NCBI GenBank assembly: GCA_963713855.1
Contig: OY970209.1
Coordinates: forward strand, 1,088,001-1,152,000
DNA from: an uncultured bacterium
Lineage (GTDB): Bacteria > Babelota > Babeliae > Babelales > Babelaceae
Direction of reading: 5' to 3'
Length of the DNA stretch: 64,000 bases
Numbering within the stretch: position 1 is the first letter of the stretch; every line of letters begins with the position of its first letter. The notes under the pieces are model-generated. The model made no database searches. It saw only the letters and a program-made list of their open reading frames with translations, and was not told the DNA's origin. A program made the position numbers and the translations under genes. Positions 19,665 to 31,600 of this stretch are shown in pieces.

Positions 19665-19930
19665 GAAGCTCTCCCTTTTAAGACCATGTTTTCATGTACC
19701 AATATCGATTGGAAGAACAAACTAATGCAAAGTGTCTTTTGCAACCACCACCAATTTTACGTTCGGGTAAATATAGCACTCATGGTTCTTTTGTCAATCG
19801 GACTATAGATGAACTTATGGCTTGCATTCTCATCTGATAAAGATAGTCCTTTAATAGCTTCGACAATGCCAAGTGGCTTTTCCTGAGCGGTGCGTCTTCA
19901 TAAAATGCTTCTACTTGCCGTAGCTCTTTT

Positions 19931-21789
19931 TTACGAAAAATTAACCGTACCTGTTCTTGATCGAACCCTATAGTAGTGGTACTTATAGCCTGCAAAGCCA
20001 ATAAGGGAAGCTGCGATAGCGACTGCCGCAAGCCCCAGCGGCACTCCTACCGTTGTTCCAACAATGACGCTTATGGGTAAGCCGTTGCTTCCATCCCCCG
20101 TTCCTGCAGCGCCAAGCAACGGTGAAATTGACACGTCATTTGAATAGAGATTTGCTGTACCGATTGAGCCACTTCCGTCACTTGCCAATAAAAAAACTAC
20201 AGCAACACCGTCGGTGGAGTTGCCAGGCAAATCATATGACGCCTGACTATTTAAAGTGCCTCCTGAAAGATTAAATAAAACAATACTATTTGATCCGCTG
20301 TTAGCTGTTGCAAGATAGGCTCCACCAGGCGATATTGCTAGCCACTGAGGGCTTACATTTCCTTCAGGAAGTGAATACGATTGTGCACTGGTGAACGTAT
20401 CTGCTTGTATACGAAAGATGGTTACATCATTTGAATCGCTATTACATGTAGCAAGAAATAAGTTATTTGCTCCGTCAGTAAAAAAGCTCAGCGATTGGGG
20501 CTTATTTGAGTTAACGGGCAGTGGTTGTGAAATTCCGTTGGTCAAAATGCCACTGGAAACCTTAAAGAGTGTTATATCGTTTGATCCTATGTTGGCTGTG
20601 GCACAGTAAGTACCGTCAGGTGCAAAAGCAATCGCTACTGGATTTGAAGAACCGTTAGGCAACATATATGAAAGAGGACCAACCAAAGAGCCTGCTGCGA
20701 AGTTGAACACTGTTACATCGTTTGACTGGCTATTTGCTACAGCAACATGCATATCATCGGGTGAAAATTCGATTGAGATGGGATTTTTAGAGCCTGTTGG
20801 TAAACGATACGACTGTGCTTTAGTTAATTGTCCACCTACGACGTTAAAGAGGGTAAGGTCATTTGAGTTACCGTTAGCTGTTACCAAGTAGGTTGTATTA
20901 AGAGAAAAGGCTGAGGACAAGGGGTTTGTTGAATTAACCGGTAAAGGAAATGATTGTCCCGAATTGAGCGTTATCTGATTGTTGTTTTGACTCACAGGAA
21001 ACAGTGTTACATCGCTTGATTGATAATTTGTTGTGGCAAGATACGATCCATCTTGGGAACGCTCGATTGAGCCTGGCTCAATCGAGTGAGCTGGCAAGGG
21101 ATATGAAGTTCCGTGAGGAACAAGACTACCACAGATAAGCGTAAAGAGTGTTACATTATTTGAGGTTTCGTTTGCAGTAACAATATAGGCACCATTAGGT
21201 GTAAATGCTATTGATGAAGGGTTGCGAGCCCCGGGCGGTAACGGATACGACGTGCCATTAGTAAGTCTTCCAGCAGAAACAGTAAATATGGTGACGTCAT
21301 TTGATGTATTATTAGCAGAAACCAAAAAAGAACTATCCGGTGAGAATGCCAGTGAAATAGGAAAACTAGAGCTTGCAGGAACAGGATACGAAGTTCCTGA
21401 GCTGAGAACGCCACCAGCTCTTACGGTAAATAGTGTTATATCGTTGGTGGAATTAGCAGTTGCAAGGTACTCTCCGTTTGGTGAAAATGCTATTGAGTAA
21501 GGACCACTCGAGCCGATAGGCAAAAAATACGTGCATGGTAGATTAAGGACCCCGCCCGGATTTACCGTAAATACAGTTACAGTGCTGTAAAATTATTAGC
21601 GGTTGCCAGATATGAGCCGTCTGGTGAAAATGCTGCCTCATGAGGTGCCGTATAGTGCGTAGCCGGTGGCAAACTATAACTAACGCCAGACAATGTAGGG
21701 CACAAATTTTGAGCTCCCATGCTATGGGTAAAAACAAAAACTAGAAGTGCGCACACAGAAAGAAAAACGTTACCCACTATAAAGAACAT
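19931..21789 (-). pseudogene. Beta-propeller repeat gene (4+7 blades) split by one frameshift
   Basis: ORF 21577..21789 (signal + blade 1) and ORF 19931..21523 join if one base is added near 21585-21592, giving ...ATANNF-x-STVTVFTVNPGGVLNLPCTYFLPIGSSGP. Otherwise intact, with TM and tail RTGTVNFS. Could be a sequencing error. Confidence 0.75.
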
Positions 21790-21829
21790 AGCAAATTCCT
21801 CACTTCATTCTACTTGAGACATTCGGCTG

Positions 21830-21857
21830 AAAGTAGCATGAATGATTTTTTTGTCAA
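21830..21857 (-). promoter_or_regulatory. Sigma70-type promoter with extended -10
   Basis: Minus strand TTGACA-16 nt-TACTTT with TGn before the -10, upstream of ATG 21789. Confidence 0.55.
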
Positions 21858-21956
21858 TTCTTGTTAACTGTTAAATAAACTAATGAACAATTGGAAGAAA
21901 GCATGCTTCGTGCCCCGGTATTCTACGCGTAAAAATCCTTGCATAGAATAACCTCC

Positions 21957-22038
21957 TGGTTCCAATAATAACCCCGAGCGGAAGGCTACTGCCATCTCCT
22001 TTCTGGCCACTACCACCAAAAAGCGAAGCAACACTCAA
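21957..22038 (-). pseudogene. Relic of a propeller gene C-terminal linker/TM start
   Basis: Minus strand reads LSVASLFGGSGQKGDGSSLPLGVIIGT, the family's last strand, GDGSS linker and start of the TM, isolated in an intergenic region. Confidence 0.75.
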
Positions 22039-22172
22039 TGATCTTGATGTTGATCAAACGTGCTAGCGCAGATAGAATTCACACATTCTATTCTGATTTG
22101 CTATTGCATTTTTAGTGTTGTATCATTTTGCATGTATTGCTTGCAATTAGTTAGAGCGCATCTTGTAAGCAT

Positions 22173-25100
22173 ATGCTAGAAGAAAAGAGGAGAAATGAGG
22201 CTATGTTTTCTTATTACATGCGAAGATACTTTATTCTGTACATCATTATGCTCGGTTGCATGAGTTCCCAAGCAATCATAGAAGATAGTTATTCTTTACC
22301 GGGAGCTTCCCGTTGGCCAACCGATGGAGAGTATTCGCCCAATGGCCAGTATCTTGCGACGGCAAATTTAGATGACGTATCTTTATTTACGGTCGGTACT
22401 GGAGGGGCTTTACAACAGGGAACTTCGTATTCATTGCCTCCTGGCCCTACGACGCCTTATAAAGAAGCCTATTCATATGATGGTGCTTATTTGGCTACAG
22501 CTAACAATGCGACAAGCGATGTAACTGTTTTTACGGTAGGTTCAGGAGGAACTTTAAATAACCCTGCGTCATACCCATTACCTGCAAGCTCTTCCACCCC
22601 TCAGGGTATAGCTTTTTCTCCCAATGGTTTATATCTTGCTACCGCTAATAACTCCAATGATGTAACAATATTTTCAGTGTCGGGTGGCACCTTAGGTAAT
22701 GCTCTTTCCTATGCTTTACCGACTGGAAGCACCAGTCCTTATTCAATTGCTTTTTCTCCTGATAGCTCGATTTTAGCTGTCGCTAACCGCGACCCTGTTC
22801 CTGGAAGTGTTACCCTATTTACAGTCCAAACGGGAGGTGCATTGTCCAACGGAACATCTTATACATTACCCGGTTCATCACAGGAACCTTTTGGACTAGC
22901 GTTCTCACCCAATGGTTTGTATCTCGTTACAGCTAATTTTGCCTCAAATGATGTAACTATTTTTGATGTTGGGACAGGAGGCACTTTAAACAGTGGAACA
23001 TCTTATGCGTTACCTACAGGCTCTAGTGGGTCGCTTTCAGTAGCGTTTTCGCCAACAGGTGCATATCTTGCTACAGTCAACGATTCTGATGATGTAACTG
23101 TCTTTAGCGTCCAAACAGGAGGCGCGTTAACCGGCGCAGCATCCTATCCTTTACCCTCGGGATGCACCGCCCCTTGGTCGATAGCTTTTTCACCCTCGGG
23201 CAATAATATTGCTACTGCTAATAGCACCTCAAATAACGTTAGTGTTTTTAACGTTGGAGCGGGTGGTGTTTTAAGCGGTGGTACGGCATATACGTTACCC
23301 GCCGGCTCTACTAGTAGTTTTGATGTAGCATATTCACCTACAGGATCTTATTTAACTTCACTTAACGGTGCAGGTGGTGGCATCGGCAATCTCTCCGTCT
23401 TTACTGTCAGCTCGGGTGGAGCGCTAAGCGGAGGTACTACCTATCAGGTGATATCGGACTCACTCCAGCCGCAGGCAGTTGCTTTTTCCCCTAATAGCGC
23501 ATACCTTGCTGCGGTCACCTCTCTATCTGAGGCTGTCACAGTCTTTACGGTTGGGTCGGGCGGCGTTCTGAATAATGGTCTTTTATACTCAATACCTTCG
23601 GGTTCTAAGTATCCTACCGACGTTACATTTTCACCGTCAGGCAATTATCTTGCTACCACTAATGAGAGCTCAAATGATGTAACCATGTTTAATGTAGGAG
23701 TAGGAGGTGCTCTGAGCGGCGCTACATCATACCCACTTCCTGGCGCTGCCGTCGCCCCTCGTGCTTTAAGGTTTTCACCCAATAGCAATTATCTTGCTGT
23801 TGCCGCAAATCGTTATATAGTGATGTTTACGGTAACAGGCGGTACCCTGACAGGAGGTACGGCGTATCTCACTCCTGGAATTTCGTTTCCTACCTCTTTA
23901 GCATTTTCTCCTAGTGGTGCTTATCTTGCTGTAACAATAACTTCTACAACCAATCGGATTGTAACTGTGTATAACGTTGGATCAGGGGGAGCCCTCAGCC
24001 TTAATGCTTCGTACGCTCTGCCTACCGGTGAGTCACCTGTCTCAGTTGCCTTTGATTCCACAGGTTCTTATCTTGCTATTGCAAGTACTAGTTCAGGTAA
24101 TCTCCTTCCTGGCAACGTGTTTCTCTTTTCCGTAGGATCAGGTGGAGCATTAAGCGGTCAGACAACCTATCCATTACCAGCAGGTTCTTTCGAACCAGTT
24201 ACCGTATCTTTTTCTCCAAGCGGGTATCTTGCCGCTGCTGATACGCAATCATCGACAGTAAGCGTATTTAGCTTAAGTGGAGGCACGTTGACAGGAGGAA
24301 CTACCTACCGACTACCGCCTTTATTTAGAGGATCACGCGAGCCTAATGCGGTAGTCTTCTCGCCAGATCGTTCATTCTTGGTAACAGCAAACTATCAGAC
24401 AAGCGATATAACCGTTTTTGATGCAGAGTATACGAACAACAACATTACGCTAGGAGCAAAAAAATCTTATCCGTTGCCCTTTAGTGGTCAAGCGTCATTA
24501 CCTACATCAGTAACGGTCTCAGCTGATAATGCATATATTTTGACAGCAAACGCTAATACCAATGATGTCTCGGTGCTTTCGTTAGTGGGGGGTAAAGTAA
24601 CAAATGCGGTCTCATACCCGTTGCCAATCAATACACTGGATCCTCGTTCTATACAGTTTTCTCCCGATAATTTCTATGTTCTTGTTGCAAACGTTGGGTC
24701 GGATACTATTACGGTCTCTCCATTCAACGCGGGTGTTTTAGGGAATGGAACTGCGTATGCATTGCCTGCAGGGGGCTCTGACCCTCAAGCTATTGCAATC
24801 ACACCCGACGGTTCATATGTAGCTAGTGCCAATTATCTGTCAAATAACGTGGCAGTATTTCCGTTTGCTTCAGGTGCGCTAGGCGGTGGAGCGCTTACCT
24901 CATTACCTACCGGGGCTTCAGGACCACAGTCTCTCGTTTTTATCCCGTTACCGGGCAATGCGCTTATTTTAGCTACCGCTAATGGTGGTTCTAATGACGT
25001 TACCGTTTTTGATTTTCAAGCCGGCGCTTTAACAAATGCACAATCTTATCCTCTGTCTGTCAGTGATTTTAATCCACAATCGATAGCATCCACGCTAAAT

Positions 25101-25526
25101 GGTGCGTATCTTGCAACAGCTAATAGTGATTCTAGCACCTTTACACTTTTTACGGTTAACGGCGGAAATTTGTTGCTGAATGGTTCTTTTCCATTGCCAG
25201 CAAACTCTACAAGGTGCGTTGCTATAAACTTTGCCCCGCGCAATGCAACCACTCCAGGCGTTGAAAATCTTGTAACGGCTAACTTTGAGTCGAATAGTGT
25301 AACTACAGGCTCTTTTGGGTCGCTATTTCCAGTAGGTGACGGTAGCAATAGCGGTGGAGGGGGAGATGGTTTGGGATCAAGTGGTGCCACTACCATCATT
25401 CTAGCAACCGTTTTGCCAATCACCATCGTGGGAGGAATGCTTTTGTTGACCGCTGCTGGCGTAACCGCATGCTTGGTTTATCGGTATATGCATAGACCGC
25501 GTGCTGAATCAATGGTTAACTATTAA
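22173..25526 (+). CDS. Membrane-anchored beta-propeller repeat protein (21 blades)
   Basis: 21 counted repeats, GDGSNSGGGGDG linker, TM, tail HRPRAESMVNY. True start probably the downstream ATG (MFSYYMRR, 22203). Confidence 0.9.
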   Translation: MLEEKRRNEAMFSYYMRRYFILYIIMLGCMSSQAIIEDSYSLPGASRWPTDGEYSPNGQYLATANLDDVSLFTVGTGGALQQGTSYSLPPGPTTPYKEAYSYDGAYLATANNATSDVTVFTVGSGGTLNNPASYPLPASSSTPQGIAFSPNGLYLATANNSNDVTIFSVSGGTLGNALSYALPTGSTSPYSIAFSPDSSILAVANRDPVPGSVTLFTVQTGGALSNGTSYTLPGSSQEPFGLAFSPNGLYLVTANFASNDVTIFDVGTGGTLNSGTSYALPTGSSGSLSVAFSPTGAYLATVNDSDDVTVFSVQTGGALTGAASYPLPSGCTAPWSIAFSPSGNNIATANSTSNNVSVFNVGAGGVLSGGTAYTLPAGSTSSFDVAYSPTGSYLTSLNGAGGGIGNLSVFTVSSGGALSGGTTYQVISDSLQPQAVAFSPNSAYLAAVTSLSEAVTVFTVGSGGVLNNGLLYSIPSGSKYPTDVTFSPSGNYLATTNESSNDVTMFNVGVGGALSGATSYPLPGAAVAPRALRFSPNSNYLAVAANRYIVMFTVTGGTLTGGTAYLTPGISFPTSLAFSPSGAYLAVTITSTTNRIVTVYNVGSGGALSLNASYALPTGESPVSVAFDSTGSYLAIASTSSGNLLPGNVFLFSVGSGGALSGQTTYPLPAGSFEPVTVSFSPSGYLAAADTQSSTVSVFSLSGGTLTGGTTYRLPPLFRGSREPNAVVFSPDRSFLVTANYQTSDITVFDAEYTNNNITLGAKKSYPLPFSGQASLPTSVTVSADNAYILTANANTNDVSVLSLVGGKVTNAVSYPLPINTLDPRSIQFSPDNFYVLVANVGSDTITVSPFNAGVLGNGTAYALPAGGSDPQAIAITPDGSYVASANYLSNNVAVFPFASGALGGGALTSLPTGASGPQSLVFIPLPGNALILATANGGSNDVTVFDFQAGALTNAQSYPLSVSDFNPQSIASTLNGAYLATANSDSSTFTLFTVNGGNLLLNGSFPLPANSTRCVAINFAPRNATTPGVENLVTANFESNSVTTGSFGSLFPVGDGSNSGGGGDGLGSSGATTIILATVLPITIVGGMLLLTAAGVTACLVYRYMHRPRAESMVNY

Positions 25527-25778
25527 CAGAGAGCGACTTTGGTGGGACTGTGTTACGTGGCGGAATCGTCCATTCGAGGAATATGAATATGCCTGTTGCC
25601 TAACTATTGCTGTATTGCTCATCTTCGAGCAGGAAAATGAGCTTGAGACTCTTGAGCTCCTACTGCACCCACAAATCAGCATTCCAAAAGCCTTGTTTAA
25701 AGTTTCCCCCGCAGAGGGAAGTTTTTTAGAAAAATTTCCTTCCAAAAGGGAAAAAATCTCTATATATGTCCAGTATAG

Positions 25779-26045
25779 AGGGAAAGAACTGGTGAAGGTG
25801 ATAAAGAGGCCGATTTTGTGCTTCTTATGCCTGACCAAACAATTAACCTTTTTCAAGTGTGCTTATCGATGCAATCATTGGATACTCGTCGTAGAGAAAT
25901 TGCAGGATTAGAAGATGCTATGAAAGAGCTCAATCTGAAAAACGCTTGCATAATAACGCTTGAGGAGGAAGAAAAAATTACGTCACCTGTGGGTGAGATT
26001 GAGGTTGTACCTGCATGGAAATTTTTTCTCCATCGGAGCATCTAA
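25779..26045 (+). pseudogene. C-terminal fragment of an AAA_14/DUF4143-type ATP-binding protein
   Basis: After an in-frame TAG the frame reads ERTGEGDKEADFVLL..FQVCLSM..TRRREIAGLEDAMKEL..IITLEEEE..EIEVVPAWKFFL, the typical C-terminus of this family. No P-loop part is present. Confidence 0.7.
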
Positions 26046-28315
26046 AGCTGCGCCTCTTCACCGAAGTTAACTGTTCCTCTGTGCCTGTAGTGATGCACGT
26101 ATTTCCACAAGAGCCAAGAGCCTATAGCCGCAACTATTGCAACCCCACCAAGTACGATCGGAACTCCAACGCTTATACCAATAATAGCACCCAGAGGCAC
26201 ACTTGAACTTCCGCCACCATTTCCATTTGTTCCTTCATTGCCAAATAGAGCGAATACTGAAACGTCATTAGAACCGCTATTAGCGGTTGCGATGACCGTG
26301 CCTCCACCATTTACGTCGGAAAAGGCCACCGATACGTCTCCTTTAGAAGTAGATGGCAAGCCAAAGGAAGTACCCTGGCCTACTATGCCACTTGTTACAT
26401 TGAAGAGTGTGATGCTATTTGAGCCTCTATTGGCTGTTGCAAGAGAGGTCCCATTTATTGAAGCAGCAATAGCAACTGGTCCCACTTCGCTTAAAGGCAA
26501 TGGGTAAGACAGACCTGCGCCAAGACCTCCGTTAACAGGAAAAATGGTAACGTCATTTGAATCGCTATTTGAGGTAGCGATGAATAGATTGCTCTTTTCC
26601 GGCACAAAAACGAGTGAGCGAGGTCTATTAGAACCTGAAGGCAACGGCTGAGAAGCTATGCTCTTTAAAGAACCTTGAGTTACATTAAAAAGAGTCACAT
26701 CATTAGAAGCAACGTTTGCTGTTGCAAGATATAGGTCACCGGGCGAAAAAGCGACAGCGACAGGTTGAAGTGACCCAGCAGGAAGTGCATAAGAAAGAGC
26801 TCCTGTTAACGCTCCTGAAAATACTTTAAAGACAGTAACATCACTGGAGTTACTATTTGCAACAGCAAGATAGGCACCATTTGATGAAAAATCAATCGAC
26901 ACCGGCTCAACAGAACCAGCAGGCAAAGCATACGAAGCACCAGAAGCTAGTTGTCCCCCAGTTACAACAAATAGCGTTACATCATTGGACTTACTATTAG
27001 AGGTTGCAAGATAGTTATTATCGTCTGAAAATGCGACCTCGGAAGGGTGTCGCGAACCAGCTGGTAAAGGATACGAGACACCATTTGTGAGCGAACTGTT
27101 TGCATTGACCGCGAATAACGAAACATCGCTGCTATTATAGTTAGCAGTTGCAAGATACACATTATTAAGAGAGAAAGCTACCGAATCGGGCTCTTGAGAT
27201 TGGGGCGGCAACGGGTAAGAGGTTGACGGACTTGCAAGGCTGTTTAAGCAGCCGGGTGCTGCAAACATTGTTACATTGTTCGAAGTAAAGTTTGCGGTAG
27301 CAAGATAGAGGCCTGAAGGAGAAAATGCGGCATCGGTTGCGCCCGTAGACCCAGCAGGAGTTGCATATGATGTGGCCCCGCTCAATACGCCACCCGAGCT
27401 CATTGCAAATACCGTGACGGTACTCGAAGTTTGATTGGCTACTGCAATATTGGTACCATCAGGGGAAAAACTAAGCAACGATGACCCGGCGGTTCCTGAG
27501 GGAAATGGATAGGAAGTTGCTCCGCTTAATGTGCCTCCCGCACCGACCGTAAAAACAGTCATGTCTTCCGAACCCTTGTTAACTGTGACCAAATAAGCTC
27601 CTGAAGGAGAAAAAGCAACAGTATCAGGAGTTGTAGATCCGCTAGGTAAGGGATACGATGTGGCACCACTTAATGCACCCCCGGTTCCAACCGTAAAGAC
27701 GGTGACGTTGTTTGTTACTGGGTTACACGTTGCCGCATAAGCACCCGAAGGTGAGAATACAATGATATGCGGATTAGTTGAGCCACCCGGCAATGCATAA
27801 GAGGCGCCCACACTTAGGGCGCCTCCACTTCCAACTTGAAATATAGTCACGTTGGCTGAATTATAATTGGCAACAGCCAAATATGCACCATTAGGCGAAA
27901 AAGCTACAGAATACGGACTTGTGCCGGCTGGAACGGGATACGAGGTCGCGCCACTTAATACTCCTCCGGGCCCTACTTGGAATACTGTCACGTCATTGGA
28001 ATTATAGTTGGATGTAGCAAGGTAAGCTCCAGAAGGAGAAAATGCTGTTAATGTTGGCAACAGAGAGCCTCCAGGCAACGGATACGACATTCCAGTACTT
28101 AAAATTCCGTCCGAGCTGACAGTAAACATCGTAACGTCATTTGAATTATTATTGGCTGTGGCTATATAAGCACCGGAAGGAGAAAATCGCGATGCGCCAG
28201 GGACCGTGGAGCCGCCAGGCAGTGGATAAGTTGTTCCTGATTGCAGTAAGCAAGCACCAGAAACGGTGACAGTGTTACACAAAATGAGAGCAAAGTATAT
28301 AAGAGCAAGCTTCAT
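26042..28315 (-). CDS. Membrane-anchored beta-propeller repeat protein (7+7 blades)
   Basis: Track start 28546 looks over-extended. ATG 28315 (MKLALIYF..SGAC) has AAGGA and a promoter upstream. 14 repeats, TM, tail RHRGTVNFGEEAQL. Confidence 0.9.
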   Translation of the reverse strand: MKLALIYFALILCNTVTVSGACLLQSGTTYPLPGGSTVPGASRFSPSGAYIATANNNSNDVTMFTVSSDGILSTGMSYPLPGGSLLPTLTAFSPSGAYLATSNYNSNDVTVFQVGPGGVLSGATSYPVPAGTSPYSVAFSPNGAYLAVANYNSANVTIFQVGSGGALSVGASYALPGGSTNPHIIVFSPSGAYAATCNPVTNNVTVFTVGTGGALSGATSYPLPSGSTTPDTVAFSPSGAYLVTVNKGSEDMTVFTVGAGGTLSGATSYPFPSGTAGSSLLSFSPDGTNIAVANQTSSTVTVFAMSSGGVLSGATSYATPAGSTGATDAAFSPSGLYLATANFTSNNVTMFAAPGCLNSLASPSTSYPLPPQSQEPDSVAFSLNNVYLATANYNSSDVSLFAVNANSSLTNGVSYPLPAGSRHPSEVAFSDDNNYLATSNSKSNDVTLFVVTGGQLASGASYALPAGSVEPVSIDFSSNGAYLAVANSNSSDVTVFKVFSGALTGALSYALPAGSLQPVAVAFSPGDLYLATANVASNDVTLFNVTQGSLKSIASQPLPSGSNRPRSLVFVPEKSNLFIATSNSDSNDVTIFPVNGGLGAGLSYPLPLSEVGPVAIAASINGTSLATANRGSNSITLFNVTSGIVGQGTSFGLPSTSKGDVSVAFSDVNGGGTVIATANSGSNDVSVFALFGNEGTNGNGGGSSSVPLGAIIGISVGVPIVLGGVAIVAAIGSWLLWKYVHHYRHRGTVNFGEEAQL

Positions 28316-28367
28316 CAAAACAATCCTTTTATAATAGCTAATTATGCAAGCGCTGAGTGCCAGAGCT

Positions 28368-28395
28368 AAGCTATCAGTCGCGAGGAAAATGTCAA
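28368..28395 (-). promoter_or_regulatory. Sigma70-type promoter with extended -10
   Basis: Minus strand TTGACA-16 nt-TAGCTT with TGn, upstream of ATG 28315. Confidence 0.55.
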
Positions 28396-28640
28396 TTTTG
28401 AGAGGAGGCAAATCTTTCTTTAACGAACGTTTTCCTTTGACGATTCGTGGAAGCACAGCGATGCAATAGTTAATTTGCTTGCAATTTTCTTTTGTGTGTA
28501 TAAAACTACACAGCGGCTTTGGACAGATCGAAAAATTCCCTACCACAGTAACGTGAATTTCGGTGGGAGCGAATCAGCCGAAGGGAGCTTATAAAATTTG
28601 CTGATCCCCAAATCGACTTAGAGATTAGCAGACTTTTTAT

Positions 28641-31600
28641 TTAGAGTGTTTCCATGGACTCTTTGCCAGCAAAGTTAACGCTTCCATCACGTTGCCTATG
28701 TGTGTATCTGTATATTAAATAGCCGGTCAAAGTTCCAGCAGCTACGATAAGAGTAAGGCCAACAGGGATTCCTAACGACAATCCAATAATAAGGCCTAAA
28801 GGCGTATCACTACCTCCGGAACCACCGCCCGATTGCGTGCCAAGGATCGTAGACAGCGAAACATCATCGGAGCCCTTATTAGCTGTTCCATAGAAAATGT
28901 TTCCATTATTGCTAAGAACTGGTGAAAATGCGATTGCAACACAGTTACTCGAATTACCTGGTAAATCGTAGGTAGTGCCTTGACCAATAACACCATTGGT
29001 AACGTTAAAAACGACCACAGTGCTTGAGCCGCTATTAGCAGTTGCAATGTAAGAATTCTGTGGCGATCCTGCAATAGAACTCGGTTGCGCGTTTCCTTGT
29101 GGCAAGTGGTATGATAAGCCGCTGCTCAATGTGCCCCCGTTAACAGTAAAACTCGTTATATCATTAGAGCCGCTATTAGCACTTAGGAGGTATAGGCTAT
29201 TTAAAGAGGGTAAAAAGAGAACTGATTGAGGAGCTGTGGATCCATGCGGTAAAGTATATGACGTTCCGCCATTCGGTACGCCGTCAGTTAGCGTGAAAAA
29301 AGTGACATCATTAGAATTAAAGTTTGCCGTTGCGACGTACGCTCCGTTTGGCGAGAAAGTAATTGAAACGGGTTTTGTTGAGCCTGCAGGCAGAGCATAA
29401 GAAGCTCCTCCCGATAGCGTTTGTCCAACTACATTAAATATCGTTATATCGTTTGAATTATCATTCGCTACGGCAAGATATGTATTATTGGGAGAAAAAG
29501 CGACGGCGGTGGGCCCAAGGCTTCCCGCAGGTAATGCAAATGATTGCGCTGCTGTTAATAGTTGTCCTATTACTTTAAAAAGGGAGATGTCATTTGATTG
29601 ACTGTTTGCCACCGCCAAATAAGTATCATCTATAGAAAAAGCGACTGCAGAAGGATGAGATGAACCTGATGGAAGTGAGAATGAAGATCCCTTGGAAATC
29701 GTATCTACCCCATTGGTTGTGTTAGTTATGAACAAGCTTACATCGCTTGAATTATAATTTGCTGTCGCAAGATACACTCCATTATGCGAGAATGCTACTG
29801 CATCCGGTTCATGAGACCCGCTCGGTAGTGGATAAGAAGCACCCGTGCTTGTAAAGTTACCGCAGGCAAAAAGGGTAACAGCACCCGACGTATCAGCTGT
29901 AGCAATATACGAACCAGTTGGTGAGTAGGCTACTGAATTTGGATATGCCGAACCCTGGGGAAAAGAATACGTTACAGGATTAGTTAAAATCCCGCCAGCT
30001 ACGGTAAAAGTAGTCAAATCATTTGAACCATAATCAGCGGTAACAAGGTACGCGCCGTCCGGTGAAAAGGTTAGCGAAACTGAATTTGTAGCGCCCGTAT
30101 TTACTGGATATGAAATAGCTCCACTTAAGACTCCTCCAGCTCCTACGTTAAACAGGGTAACGTCATTAGAAATTAAGTTAGCTAAAGCGAGATACAATCC
30201 ATTTGGTGAATAAGCTACAGAATGCGGCGAGAGCGAACCCGCTGGTAGTGGGTATGTACTAATGCTACTTAAAGTTCCTCCTGCTCCTACAGCAAAAATG
30301 GATACGTCGTTTGACGCGGCATTGGCCGTTGCCACGTATGCGCCTGTAGGTGAAAAAGCTATCGATAGTGGATCAAGAGCACCTCCAGGTAAAGTATACG
30401 ATGCAACTACAGTAAGAGCGCCGCCCACGCCCACACTGAACATTGTCACAGTAGCTGAAAGCCCATTGGCGACCGCAAGATAATTTCCTGAGGGCGAAAA
30501 TGCTAATGAGTAGGGACCGGTATTACCTGCAGGTAATGCATACGATGTGCCTGTTGTCAAAACTCCGGCGTTTACGTTGAATATCGTTATATCATCAGAG
30601 TTATAATTAGCAGTTGCGCACAGAGCTCCATTCGGTGAAAAACTAACTGACAGTGGAAATAAAGACCCGGATGGTAAAGCATACAAGGTGCCTGAGTTGA
30701 GCGCATCGGTTTCTACTCCAAATACTGTTATGCTGTTAACATTGGGATTAGCAGTTACAAGCTGTGAGCTATTGGGAGAAAATGTGACTTTAAAGGGCTG
30801 CGTGGAAACAGATGCTAATGAATATGAAGTAGCTGCAGTAAGAATACCTCCGGCCCCTACCGTAAACAGGGTTATATCATTTGAATTGTAATTAGCTGTA
30901 GCCAGATAAGCGTTATTGGGCGAAAATGCCACATATTGTGATCCCGTTGATCCAGACGGTAACGTGTAGGTAGCACTCGTGCTGAGCACTCCCCCTGCTC
31001 CTACATTAAATACGACTACATTGTTTAAAGAAGTAGCTGCTGCCAAATACAAGCCATCAGAAGAAAATGCCACTGAATTGCAGGAAGATCCTGATGGTAA
31101 TGCATAGGAAACGCTACCACTAAGCACACCTGAGTTTACTTGAAATATCGTTACATTTGTTGAGCCGTTACCTGTTGCAAGATACGAACCGTTAGGAGAA
31201 AATACAACCGATTTTGGGCTTGTAGAACCTGAAGGCAACGAATAACTTGTAGCTGCGCTAAGTGCTCCACCCGCCCCCACAGTAAATATGGTTACATTAT
31301 TAGAAAGTTCATTAGCTGTTGCAAGATATGAACCATTTGGCGAGAAAACTACTGAGTTAGGTGATTGAGAACCGCTTGGTAAAGCATAAGAGACAGCGCC
31401 AGACAGAACGCCCCCCGAACCCACGCTAAATATTGTCACATCACTCGAACCCTGATTAGCTGTAGCTAAATAAAGATTGTTGGGAGAATATGCTAGTCCA
31501 ACGGGCTTCATAGAGCCTGTCGGTAGAGAACTATAAGAATCTCCTACAGAAGTAACATCACCACTTGCAACAACCTGATACACGATTATGCCGTATTCGT

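Noticed and set aside
25501..25911. Track ORFs 25501..25911 (+) and 25509..25856 (-)
   Set aside because: No recognisable motifs. The region is better explained as decayed sequence ahead of the DUF4143-type fragment.
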